Assembly: GCA_028534125.1 (NCBI GenBank)
Contig: CM052818.1
Location: 22,260,001 to 22,324,000, forward strand
Reading direction: 5' to 3'
DNA: 64,000 nt
Origin: Lama glama
Taxonomy: Eukaryota
Shown here piece after piece: positions 24,615-36,125 of this stretch. Under the pieces are notes generated by a model. That model searched no databases. It had not been told where the DNA came from and was given only the letters and a program-made list of their open reading frames with translations. Every line of letters begins with the position of its first letter. Positions within the stretch are counted from its first letter, which is position 1. Both the position numbers and the translations under genes were made by a program.

Positions 24615-26919
24615 CAGGGGAGGGAAGCAAGAAGTGATGTTGAGGCCCTTAGAGACTAGCTATGGTGGGAACCTGTCGCCGCCCCCTGCTGCCCTACAGC
24701 CGAGAACAGAGGGAATGGGGTTACCAGAACCCAGGGGGAGCTGAATTAGGGGATTGCAGGCACCACCAGAACCTTGGCAACTTGCAGGGAAGGGTGCAGG
24801 AAAAAAATACCCAACCTCTCTCTCTACTCCTACCTTCCAAAATCTCAATGTTCCCTTCCCATTAAATGAATCTGGCCAGAAGCCAGGAGGTGGCAGGGAA
24901 ACTTGGGTAATTCAGTCCATGGAGGTCAACCTTCTGGGGCACTGAGCAGGACAGAGAAGGACAAAGAATAGGTCCGAGGGGCAAACAGAAAATAATCAGT
25001 GTTTTCATCCATCCCTCTATTCATTCAACATTGATAGGTAGCTTAGCAAAAATGGTTCAGGGTCAGAGAAGCCTGGATTTGTAAGCTGGCCCTACCACTT
25101 ACAGCCTGGGTGATCTTGAATGGGTTACTTCTCTAAACCTCAATAACCTTAAATGTTATTTAAGATGTCTCCTGTAGGGTGTGACCACTGCTGTGCTCCA
25201 GGCCTCTGTTATCACATTAAAATGCAGACCTAGAGACACCAGGTTCTTGAATTTTCAAGAGCTGCTAGACATTTGGATTTTTACATGTGAAGTCTCCTGA
25301 TTTTTAAAAAACGTGAGCTGTACCAAACTTGTGTGAAGCCCCAACAGTCCATTTGCACCCCTGCCGGATGTTTCTTTTGGGGCCCTTGGGGCCCTAGGAC
25401 CCCTGAGCTGTGTGTATTTGGCTGGTTCTGCCTCCACGTGTACTGTTTTTTAAACAACGGTTTCTGGGGCTTAAAAAGTGAAAAGAAGAAAAGGAAGGAG
25501 GAGGAGGAAGAGGCGTCCAGCTGGGCCAGGTGAAGTGTGAGTTCCCCTCCAGATGTAGTAGCGTGGCCAGGTCGGGAGTGAAGGCGAGGGCTGGCTGTCG
25601 TCCCGGGCGCGATGTAGAGCCGTGATTGCGTGGGCAGTGGTCGCTGTGCCTGCTGGGGCTGCCCGTGGGAGCACTGACCAGCACTCTTGGTTCTTCTTTG
25701 ATGAAATTTTCAAAACACTCAGATAAAAAACAGAGACTAATACCACAGATACGTGTGGTCCCCCTCCCAGACTTCCTGCCAGGCTTTTCAGAGCTGCTGT
25801 AGCACCGCCTCCCTCCATTCCTTAGGACGCTGACCTTCCTCGGGGCCATTTGTCTCAGGTCAAGGTCACCCTGGAGCTCTGTTTACTGGTAAGGTCTGAG
25901 ATGATGACCTTTGGTGATCAAGTCCTCTCACTGACTGTGATGCCTGGAGATCCCACCTCTCCACCCTGGCTCTGAGGGCCCTGGAGAGCAGAGAGCGGGG
26001 CTCCTGGGGTGAGGGTCGGGAGAGGCAGGGGCAGTAAGGCTTCTGCAGCCCCTGCAAGAGTTGAATGGCCTAGTCAGCAGCCAAACCGCGCTTCGGTTCC
26101 ACACTTGTTTCCTGTGACTGGTTAAAACACAGGCACTTGCCCTGCTGGGAAGGGGAGAAGTCCATAGAGAAGACTGGACATAATGAAGTTGTCTGAAAAG
26201 AGCCCAGTGAAACCTTAAAATACTTTCATTCACCCAAAAAAGGCGCAGTAGTACTCACTCGGTCACACACCGCCTTTGCCTCCCAGTTTTGCTCGAGGCT
26301 GTCTGCGCCTCCGTCTTCACCTCCCATCCTCACTCCTCCTGCCACCCCCACCGCCAGCCCCCTTCTCCAACCGGCAGGTCTGCTCTCCCTGCTCTTCCCT
26401 TTCGTCCAGCTGTGCTTGGCCTCTGATGCTCTGCCTGCCTAAGTTTCCGTCCATGAAGATCCCCCTCCTCCCACTCCTCACTTCTTTTTTTCCTCTTCTG
26501 TCCTTTCATTACTACTAGTAATGGTATCATTTGTCCCCGTCATACGCCATCTTGGACTGTTTCCTGACACTTCGTCTGTGTCAGCTTGCCTCTGACTCTC
26601 TGACTGAACTATTTGCTCTCTGAGAGAAGGGCCTGGGGTTTTCCTCCTGTTCCCCACAGTCCCCCACCCCCCAGCCCCCCCCAGCTGATGATCAGTAAAT
26701 ACCTGTGGGAAGATGAAAGCGTGAATTGATGGGTAAATGGGTGGGTGAACAGAGTTGGTTGGATGGCAGGGTTGAGGGATTTGCCACAAATGCTTGAAAC
26801 AGGATTCTCCAGAGCTGGGGGCAGGGAGAATCCAACTCATCACCATTTATACTCAGCATTTCCTGGGCTGACTTGACCTCTCTTGGGAAGGACTGGGAAG
26901 GAGGCTTGACCAATGGCCT

Positions 26920-27466
26920 TGTTACCCCCAAAAGGGGAAGGGAAAAGACCCCAGTTCTTGTCTTACCCGAAAGATAAGAATTCAGATGGGAGACAGAAGC
27001 ATTGTATAGCAAAGATTTAAAGGTTTAATAAAAAAGTACACCTCCAAGAACAGGAAGCAGGCTGATCCGAGGGCAGGTGATAATGGTCTTTGTTTGCCCT
27101 TTCTCTTAAACCCTCACTTAGAGGTGATCTCTTGATTGATTGACAACTCTTGCCCCTGGAGTGCTTAATCATGCTCGTCCCTTTTTGCACATGTCCTTAC
27201 CCATGATGCACACAGAAAATCCATTAAGGGGGAGCCTAAACGGCATGCTAATTATATTACAATGAGCACTGGGTCATGTCTGGTTAGGTCCTTGTCGCTA
27301 CCACGCAGTTATGGCTGTTGGGTTCTAACCGGTTTCTTTCTGGCACTCGTTTAGATGAAATAAAGCCCCTTTACGCTGAAGGCGAGCATACTGCCATCTT
27401 CCAGACCATCCTCCCTCTCTTCCACCTTATCCGCCAGGTTCCTCCCACTCATCTAACTACCTAACA
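26920..27466 (-). mobile_element. ERV1-class solo LTR (547 bp)
   Basis: Inverted termini TGTTA...TAACA flanked by a perfect 4-bp TSD GCCT (26916-26919 and 27467-27470). Minus-strand ATTAAA polyA signal at 27024-27029. Confidence 0.85.
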
Positions 27467-28319
27467 GCCTGAGTCTAGAAGGTATCTCCCCCATCATACT
27501 TTAGAATTAGATGGTAAGTTTCTAATCCATGATCTGAATTGCTTTTCAAGTTTGGCAACGTGGGAAAAAAATCCTTGTTTGCATTTTCATTTTAATCAGT
27601 ACAGTTGAGAATGGCCTCGAAGCCTCTGACTTGCCTGTCTGTCTGCCTAGAAATGAATGATCACTTCTCTTAGTCGAGGGACATGGGCTGGGACTTTGAG
27701 TGCATTCAGCACACTAGCTGTGTGATGCCTGGGTCTTCAGCTCCCAGCCTAGGGTGGGCCTCTTCAAGGAGGTGGGAAGAAGACGGGCAGGGGAGCATGA
27801 AGCAGTTTCTGAGCAGCAGGTGTGCCCCTTGCCAGGAGAGCCCCAACGTGGCTGGGGCAGAGGCAGTCCAGACTCTTTCTGCTCTCCCCTACCATCCAAG
27901 TGAGTTATCCATTCTCAGGGATGGAAAGCACAGGATTAACCAGTTCCAAAGGCTCACTTGTTGCACTTCCAACTAGTTTCCAAATGACTGAATGTTACAG
28001 GACATGTCAGCTACTTGTCTTGCTTTCCCACGGGACTTAGCACGGCCCTGGCCACACAGCCGACCGTCAGCACCTAGTTCCTGACTGTCTCATGAAAGGC
28101 CAGGCAGAGACCCAGCTCCTCCAGGAAGCCTTCTCGAGCCCCCTTTCTACCTTCTGACCCACCATTCGCCTCTGCAGAGACCTCCAGCACCCAAGCCCTG
28201 GGCTCCACAAGCAAGCCTGAGGGTTTTAAATGTGTCCCCAGGCCCCTCCAGTAGACCACCTCTGCCCAGATCAGTCTTCCTGGATCCAGCAACTGGAACC
28301 AACGTGGGCATATAGCAGA

Positions 28320-28505
28320 TCTTTTTAAAATATAATAGTTTTACCAAGGCATACTATACACATACCATACCCATTTAAAGAGTACAATTTAGTGTTTTTT
28401 TAGCATATTCATAGAGTTATGCACCATCAACACAATCAATTTTAGGACACTTTCATGACTCCAACAAGAGATTCCACACCCTTTAGCAGTTACCCTTCAT
28501 TCCTC
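28320..28505 (-). mobile_element. LINE1 3'-end fragment
   Basis: catacccatttaaagagtacaatttagtg...atattcatagagttatgcaccatcaacacaatc is antisense L1M tail text. Confidence 0.7.
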
Positions 28506-29120
28506 TGTGTCAGTTTCCTGTGACTGCTGTAACAAGTTACCACAAACTTGGTGGCTTAAAGCAACAGCAACTTAGTGGGTGGAGGGCATAGCTCAGTGGT
28601 AGAGCACATGCTCAGTGTGCACGAGGTCCAGCGTTCAATCCCCAGCACCTCCATTAACATAAAAGGAAAATAAATTAAAATTTAAACATAAATTAAACAA
28701 CAACAGTTTATTGTCTCATAGTTCCAGAGGCCAGAAATCTGAAATAAAGATGTCAGCCAGGCCACATTCCCTCTGCAGACTCTAGGACAAATCCGGTCCT
28801 TGCCTCTTCAGGCTTCTGGAGGCTGTCAGCATTTCTTTATGCATCCCTCCAGCCTCTGCCCCTGTCTTCACATCACCTTCTCCTCCATGTGTCTTCCTTC
28901 CTACGTGTGTCTGGTGTCAGACCTCCCTCTGCCCCTCTCTTATGTAGGACATTTGCAACAGCATTCTGGGTCCACCCAGGTCACCCAAGATTATCTCCTC
29001 ATCTCAGTATCATCAACTTAATCACACCTGCAAAGACTCTTTTTCCAAGTAAGATAACATTCACAGAGACCAAGGACTTGACATGGGTAACTTTGGGAGG
29101 CCATTTTTCAGCCTTCCACA
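28506..29120 (-). mobile_element. MLT1 (MaLR) LTR interrupted by a SINE
   Basis: tgtgtcagtttcctgtgactgctgtaacaagttaccacaaacttggtggcttaaa...cttaatcacacctgcaaagact...ttcagccttccaca, with TG...CA ends. Confidence 0.85.
28575..28690 (+). mobile_element. tRNA-derived SINE (camelid Vic-type) nested in the MLT1 LTR
   Basis: gggcatagctcagtggtagagcacatgctcagtgtgcacgaggtccagcgttcaatccccagcacctccatt followed by an A-rich tail. Confidence 0.9.
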
Positions 29121-29144
29121 CTCTCCACAGCACCCCCCTAGCCC

Positions 29145-30550
29145 AGATGTAATTCACGTAGATACAAAACATCAAATTAAAAGTGCACATATGTACGAAT
29201 TTTTAGTATATTCGTAAGGTTGTACAACCGTCACAACTGTCGGATTCCAGAACATTTTTATTAACCCAAAAAGAAACACTGTATCAATCAGCAGTCATTC
29301 CACCTGCTCCCCATTCTCCAACCTCTGGCAACCACTAATCTACTTTTTGTCTCCATGATTTGCCTGTTTTGGACATTTAATATGAGTGGAATTATACAAT
29401 ATGTGATCTTCTGTGTCTGGCTTCTTTCACTTAGCGTAATGTTTTCAAGGTTCATCTGCATTGTAGTGTGTATCAGTACTTCATGTCTTTTTATGGCTGA
29501 ATAATACTCCATTATATGGATGTACCACACTTTATTTATCCATCCACTGGTTCATGAACATTTTGGTTGTTTCCACATACTGGCTTTTATGGATAAGGCT
29601 CTTATATAAACATTTACCATACACATTTCTATGTGGATGTATGTTTTTTATCTCTTAGGTATATGTCTAAGAGTGGGAGAGACTTTAGGACTGGTTTCCA
29701 CAGTAGCTGCACCATTTTACATTCCTATCAGCAGTGTATGAGAGTTCCCATTTCTTCACATCTTCACCAAATCTTAGTATCTGTCTTTTTGATTAAAGTT
29801 ATCCTAGTAGGTATGAAGTAGTTCCTCATTGTGGTTTTGATTTGTATTTCCCTGATGGTTAATGATGCTAAGCGTCTCCTCATGGGCTTATCGGTCATTT
29901 GTATATCTTTTCTGGAGAAAGGTCTATTCAGACCCTTTGCTTATGTTTTAACTGAATTATTGGTCTTTTTAGTATTGAGTTTTAAGAGTTTTTAATGCAC
30001 TTTAGATACAAATCCCTTGTCAGATACATGATTTGCAAGCATGTTCTCCAATTCTGGGAGTTGTCTTTTTGCTTTCTTAAGGATGTCCTTTGAAGCACAA
30101 AAATCTTCAGTTTTGATGAAGTCTAACTTTTTTTGTTGTTGCTTCCTTTTTGGTGTCATGTTTAAGATGCCATTGCCTACTCCTATGTTTTTTTCTGAAT
30201 TTTAGAGTTTTACCTCTCAAATTTCAATCTTTGATACATTTTTAAGTTTATTTATTTGTTTGTTTGTTTGTTTGTTTATAGTGAGGTGTAGGGGTCCAGT
30301 TTCATTCTTTTGCATGTGAGTATCTAGTTGTCTCAGCCCCACTGGTTGAAAAGACTATTCTTTCCCCCCAGTTGATTGTTTTGACACCCTTGTCGAAAAT
30401 CTATTGACTGCAAGCGTGAGGGTTTATTTCTGGACACTTGGTTCTATTCCATTGATCTGTATTATGTCTATCCTTAAGCCAGTTTTGAAATCAGGAAGTG
30501 TGAGTTCTCCAGTTTTGTTGTATTTTTCCAGATTGTTTTGGCTGTTCTGG
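29145..30550 (-). mobile_element. LINE1 (L1M-type) 3' ~1.4 kb, including the ORF2 end
   Basis: Antisense L1 text (cattgtggttttgatttgtatttccctgatgg...aggggtccagtttcattcttttgcatgtg...); contains (TTTG)n at ~30250-30277. Confidence 0.9.
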
Positions 30551-32843
30551 ACACACAGCAGATTCTTCTGACACATTTGTTGCTCTGTCACTTGCTTTCT
30601 TGTTTGCTTGATGGACTGGCAAGGCTGTGAGGGCCTAGCTGACCTGCACGGTTAGGTGAGAAATTCCTCTCCCTCCTCTTCAGCCTCCCGCTCACAAGGC
30701 ATTTGGGCAGGGGAGGTCTGCGCTGCTCTGGCTGAGCCGTCTTTGTCCAGGGCAAGGCAGTAAAAGAGGGAACTTGGTGAGGTGACCCTGGCCCCTCAAG
30801 CAGGAGATCTAAATCTAAACAATCCTCCCATCCCTGCCTCCCTTCCCCTTCCCTGCTCACCTTACAGGGTTGGTGTTTGGGTGGTTATAATTCTACTAGA
30901 TCCACTTCCAGCCAACACACCAGCTCTCCTCATGTGCCTCTGTCATTCCTGTCACTCTCCGGCCACTTCCTAAGCACGATGCACTGTGAGATGGTGCAGG
31001 ATGGGGGATACCTGTCCTGTCAGATGGGGCAGGTGTAGCAGTCCAGCCTTCCTGGGGCATCTCTGGACACCTCCAAGTGTCCTTTATGGACCCAGCAGGA
31101 ATGTTGCCTGAGCTGCAGGCACTGATTTTGCTGGTGGATGAGACTTTTTTTCTTCCCTGGGGTGCTTTCAGTCCTTGCCTTAAAGAGACAAAAAGAAGGG
31201 TGGGGGAAAGAGGGGTGAATCAGAGGGCAGATTTTTCTGAAAGATTTCAAGAGAAGTTGACCTTTGATACTGGTACCACAATACTGAGGACTTACAGCTT
31301 TGACCTTTTTCAAAATCTGGCAAGAAGCTGGGAGCTCTTTTTAATGAATAAAAGTGATAAAACCAAGTCTGACTTCTTCATCCCCATAGGGTACCAGGAG
31401 CGTTTCACCATGGCCTCCCTGCAGGGTAGGGGGTGGCCTATGACTGAGAGAAACTGAGCTCAGTGCCGCCAGTGCTAACTGTGTGAACTTGGACCTGTTA
31501 CCCACCCTCTGTGAGCACAGCATCCTCATTTGTTAAATAAAGTTACCTCCCTCCTGGTGGCAGGGGGAGGGCAATAAGGGTTCAAATAGAAGAAACTGTT
31601 CATTATTATCAACTGATCGAATGCTGTCTTTGTGGCAGTCTTTATGTTAGTGTTTAAACTAAATCAAGCGGGGTAAAGGAGAAGATTTCATGATCTGCAG
31701 AGCCACAAACTGGAATGTTTTGAGTATCTGCTGTGTGTTTAATCCTATGCCAGTCTTCATGTGTATTTTTGATTCTTTGAGGTTTGAAAGATGCTAATTA
31801 ATGGTACTTCTTCCCCATACAGATTCTAAACCAGTTGAGAACTACACAGAGGAGTCAATAGAGATAAAAGTAGAGATTGTATTATAGGTGAAGGCTGGAT
31901 CAACAAACACATGGCTCAGACCTCCAGCTAAAGTGCACATTCACACCTCCCTGCAACTTTTTGTTTCCCAGTTCGAAGCCTGGTTCTAGGCTGCAGAGCC
32001 TAAGGGGCAGATGTCCTGTGGACTGATTTGGGGCCCTGAGGATGGTAACACTGGTCCTTTGGCTGCCTCCATGAGTCTAGGCTCTGCTTCATGGGCTTTA
32101 AGTAGCACTGGTCCTGATGGAGGGTCACCAACTCTGCTTATCTCACCATAAAGACCTGTGTCTCTAGAATGTTGGTGCTAATTCTCAAATCTGTGCTCTG
32201 TGTGCGCCATGAAACTTGTTGTCAATTCCAGTTTCTTTGTAGACACTTAAAGCTCTGTGACTATATGCAGGTGAGTTAACCTATCTTGAGCCCTGGATCC
32301 TTACCTGTGAAGCAGGGGTGGTAATTCCCAACCCAAAGGATGTTGAGGGACTGGAGAGAAAGTATTTGGTTAGGGACTGGCACATAATAGTGCCACTAAG
32401 CCTGGTTCAGTGCGCTGGGGAACTCAGCTTCCATTCCAGACTCTGAGGCTTTTCTCTGTGTGCTGAGCAAGTCTCTTTGGGGGCCAGATGGTCAGAGACA
32501 GGTCTGTGGGCTAGAGTTAGAGATGCAGATTTGGGAAAGACAAAGTCCCAACAGCAGTGGGTCACTGAAAGGCACTGCATGGAACTGCAGCGATTTATTG
32601 TCTGTGTAGTGGGATTTCAACCCCATGTTTCAGGTTGGAGGTGGGAGGGACGGGGTGGTTAGCGGAAATGTCAGTGCCTCCCTTCAGACCCATACTTAGG
32701 ACTGTCTAAGGCAAAATGGTGAAGTAAGCAATGGTTTCCCGAAGGCACCCACTTCCTCTTTCTGCACCCCTTTCTACTCTTTCAGCAGCCTTCCCCTAGC
32801 TGGCTAGGAAGATGGGTCTCTGAAAAACGAATTTACTCTAATA

Positions 32844-33405
32844 CAGAGGGCAGCAAAATATGAGCTAATTCCAGCCTCCCTCCTGTCTTTGTACAGCCTG
32901 TGAACGACGGACGGTTTTTACATTTTTAAACAATTGGGGAAAAAAATCAAAAGAAAAAGAATATTTTTTGACATGTAAACATTACATGAAATTCACATTT
33001 TACTGGAACATTAAATGAAACTTTTATTTCAGCTACAACCATTTGTTGCCATATCGTCTATGGCTGCTTTCAGCAGAGTTGAGTCGTTGTGACAGTCTCC
33101 CAAAGTCTAAAATATTTACCTTCTGGCCCTTTAAGAAAAAGTTTGTTGCAGGGAAAGGGGGTGGGAATGGATAAATTGGGAATTCGAGATTTGCAGATAC
33201 TAACTACTATATATAAAACAGGTAAACAACAAGGTCCTACTGTGTAGCACAGGGAACTATATTCAATGTCTTGTAGTAACCTATAATGGAAAAGAATTTG
33301 GAAAGGAATATATGTATGTATATGTATGACTGAAACACCAGGAATTCACACACATTGTAAACTGACTATATATCAATTTAAAAAAAAAAGTGCATTGGTG
33401 CCCTG
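32844..33405. mobile_element. MER58-type hAT transposon with 8-bp TSD, interrupted by an L1 tail
   Basis: Starts cagagggcagcaaa, contains ctaaaatatttaccttctggccctttaagaaaaagtttg, ends ccctg at 33405. TSD ctctaata (32836-32843) / ctctaaga (33406-33413). Confidence 0.8.
33149..33389 (+). mobile_element. 5'-truncated artiodactyl-type L1 3' end with poly(A)
   Basis: gataaattgggaattcgagatttgcagatactaactactatatataaaa...aaggtcctactgtgtagcacagggaactatattcaa...cattgtaaactgactata followed by A-tail. Confidence 0.85.
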
Positions 33406-33821
33406 CTCTAAGACGTTAAGAGATTTAATGTGTTATGTACAGGATTTGCTTTCAGAGGATGGGGCAAAACAATGGAATTCAGGTGTTGCTGGCGGGTCTG
33501 CAGGGGAGACACTGGGTGGGAAGCTTTCCTGCTATCCTTCCAGGTAGAAGGGCTGAGGGGAGATAAATGTCTAGTCCTGCAGGTGGGGCTGCTTCTGTCC
33601 ACACTGGGATAGGGGGTCAGGCCTATGCATTACTCTAGCTGTGGAGACAGCAGGATTCAGAAGTGGATTCACAACCCTTAGTGAGCCTTTCCCACCAGCT
33701 TCCCTGCCTGGCTGGTGGCAGTGACTTTTCCTGAGGCCTTTCACATTCCCAGAGCTCTGCCCAGCCTCCTGGTTGACCCTGAGCAGCACACTCATTGGTT
33801 GCGTCTCTCTTGTTTCCGCAG

Positions 33822-33991
33822 AATTTGCCTTCTGCCAGGTGGATGCCTCCATCGCTCTGGATCTGGCCCTGGCTGTGCTGTGTGACCTGCTCCAGCAGTG
33901 GGACCAGCTGGGCCCTGGACTCCCAGTCCTGCTGGGGTGGCTGCTGGGAGAGGGTGATGACCTCATGGTCTGTGTGGAGAGTGTGCATCAG
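33822..33991 (+). CDS. THADA: THADA penultimate coding exon ((E)FAFCQVDASIALDLALAVLCDLLQQWDQLGPGLPVLLGWLLGEGDDLMVCVESVHQ)
   Basis: Acceptor tgtttccgcag ends at 33821 and donor CAG|gtaatg starts at 33992. The 170-nt exon is phase 1 in, phase 0 out. The translation matches the recalled C-terminal region of mammalian THADA, and the position upstream of ZFP36L2 fits known synteny. Confidence 0.95.
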
Positions 33992-35057
33992 GTAATGCCA
34001 GGGTCTCAGGGCAGTGGAGGCGGGTGGGAGTGTCCTAAACCCACTGTATGCCACACTTAGAGGCTTACGTGGGCTGAATGTGCCTGCTTCTGGATGCTCA
34101 GATACCAAGCAGTAACCGATTTGGAAGGCCTCCAAGTGACTCCGGCAGCCTGCTGGGGGCTCTGGGGGGCACCTGGGCGGTTCTCATGGTCGGCTTTGGG
34201 GGTTCCAGTGGTAAGCCTTCTGAGCAGTCAGGGGAGAGGACTTTGAAAGAGGCCTCTTGGAAGTTGAGAGTTAATTATGGAGAAGGCTCATTAGTCAGCA
34301 TTGGAGTAACCAGAGCTTCCACAGTGAAGTCTGAAAGTGAAATACTCCCAGAGCATCAGGGTCCTTCCAGGGTCTTTGCTGCTTGAAGAAAACTATGCGT
34401 CTCCTCCAGATGGGGGAGCAGTTGACAGATAGGGAAACTGAGGACCAAGATAAGCAGCAAAAGCATCTTGAGAATTGAAATTCCCATCCACCAGTATCTG
34501 ACTCAGCTGGCTCCCCAGCAGGCCAGGTATTCAAAAAGCAGCCTATTTATAGGAAATTTGGAGATAAGATAAAGTATCTGTGATAAAATGACCTTGAAAA
34601 TCCCCAGCATTATAGAAATTTGGTTTCATACTCAGAGACGAGTGTCTCGTGTTTGACGGCTCTTTAGTCTTTGTTCTGCTGCTCAGATTTGCCTTCCTCC
34701 CTCCTCTCCGATTTCTAGATGCACCTTCAGGTCTAGTGCCCACTCTTGTGTTGAGGTCCCCTTTTCAGCACCAGGCCCCCAAAATACCTTGGCTGAGAAC
34801 CACAAACACATCTTTATCAAAGGTCATGTTAAGTCTGGGGGGAAAGAAATTCCTCTCTGGTGGAGAAGTACAACGAGTGAAAATAGAAGGTGACCTTCAA
34901 GGCGACGAGTGGTATGTGTACACGGGGGCTGATGGGCGAGAGTGGGCCCTCTGTCAGGCAAGACACACTGCTCCTGCATCTGGCCCAACTCTGCTCTGGA
35001 CTGGGGCTGGTCAGTAACCCCTGTGAGGTTGGCTTTTGGCTTTTTCATTTGATTCAG

Positions 35058-35426
35058 GTGGAAGAAGACTACTTGTTTGAAAAAACAGAAGTCAACTTTT
35101 GGGCTGAGACCCTGATCTTCGTGAAATACCTCTACAAGCACCTCTCCCGCCTCCTCTCCAAGTCCAGCTGGTGTCCCCTCAGCCCCGAGAGGCTCCGTCA
35201 TCTTCAGAGGACAGCGTCAGAGCAGTGCCACCTCCTTTCCCAGCTCTTCAGAGAGCTGCCACCAGCTGCTGAGTTTTTGAAGACGGCGGAGTTCACAAGG
35301 CTGCGCATCCAGGAGGAAAGGACTTCGGCCTGCCTGAGGCTGCTGGCCCTTCTGGAAGGAAAGCAAGGGGACTCTCCTGCAGCAGCGAATCAGTTAACTC
35401 TTCCAGAAACAGAAACAGCTTGTTGA
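35058..35426 (+). CDS. THADA: THADA terminal coding exon (VEEDYLFEKTEVNFWAETLIFVKYL...QLTLPETETAC*)
   Basis: Acceptor tttttcatttgattcag ends at 35057 and is in frame with the preceding exon. 122 codons plus TGA at 35424-35426. Contains the YLFEKxEVNFWAE motif recognisable as THADA. Confidence 0.95.
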   Translation: MEEDYLFEKTEVNFWAETLIFVKYLYKHLSRLLSKSSWCPLSPERLRHLQRTASEQCHLLSQLFRELPPAAEFLKTAEFTRLRIQEERTSACLRLLALLEGKQGDSPAAANQLTLPETETAC

Positions 35427-35468
35427 AGAAAGATTTGTGGGGTTGGGGGCGGGGTGGATTACTCCCCT

Positions 35469-36125
35469 ACTAAATCTGCAGAAAACATGTTGACCATAAA
35501 TTCAAATATCTTCTCCCTTTCGTGCCTCCCCCACTTCTGGGAGTCTAGTCTTCTGTCCTACAGAGGAATTTTTCTTCAGTGCAGTCATTCAGGGCAGCTT
35601 CATTTACTGCAGCTACTGTAGGAAGTGAAGCTACCACGTTGAGTATTTACTCTGTTCCCAGGTGCAGGCCACCTGCAGGCCTGAATTAGCCTTTTTCATC
35701 CCTCAGGACCTCCAGTGTCCAACCATAGCCAGCCTGCATTTTCTCTGAATTGACTACACAGAATTGGGTTTTAACACATGATTCCCCCCCCTCCCCTTTT
35801 TTGGCTGGAAGTAGGAGCTGGATTAGTTGGCAAAGAGCCCACTTGGTCAGAATTCCAAATTTTATTCCATTTTAGCTAAGACAGAAATATGTTTCAAATA
35901 TTGGATCCTCGGAGAATGAAGATCAACTTCATACAAATAATTGTTTTTAAAGTCCTTCAGTGACCTACATGCCGTCCTAATTATTAAGAGAGCCATTAAG
36001 AGCTCCTGCCTGCTCCCCCACCGAAAGTTTTTGTGCTGTTGTTAGGAAACCAGATCTTGCCACGCAGTGAAACCATAGGCTCTTAACTGTTAGAAGGAAT
36101 CTGGGGAAAGGAGAGTCAGAATAAA
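35469..36125 (+). terminator. THADA: Candidate THADA polyadenylation signals
   Basis: Variant hexamers ACTAAA (35469-35474) and CATAAA (35495-35500) lie close to the stop codon. The first canonical AATAAA is at 36120-36125, followed by a GT/T-rich stretch (tgtttactgttgtttttcttgg). Which site is used cannot be read from sequence. Confidence 0.5.

Larger units (their letters stand above)
1..33821 (+). other. THADA: Large THADA intron (its 5' end lies outside the window)
   Basis: No THADA-like exon recognised upstream of 33822 and the region is repeat-rich. Consistent with recall that the corresponding human intron is tens of kb long. Confidence 0.75.

Noticed and set aside
31077..31457. 126-aa sense ORF in the THADA intron with a protein-like composition
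   Set aside because: No recognisable homology and no convincing flanking splice or promoter signals; this length is attainable by chance. A tblastn or PhyloCSF hit would reopen it.
34890..35057. N-terminal 56 codons of the 178-aa ORF (and the extensions of ORF 33773-34060 beyond 33822-33991)
   Set aside because: Intronic sequence that happens to be open in frame. Splice signals and THADA similarity begin at 35058 and 33822.
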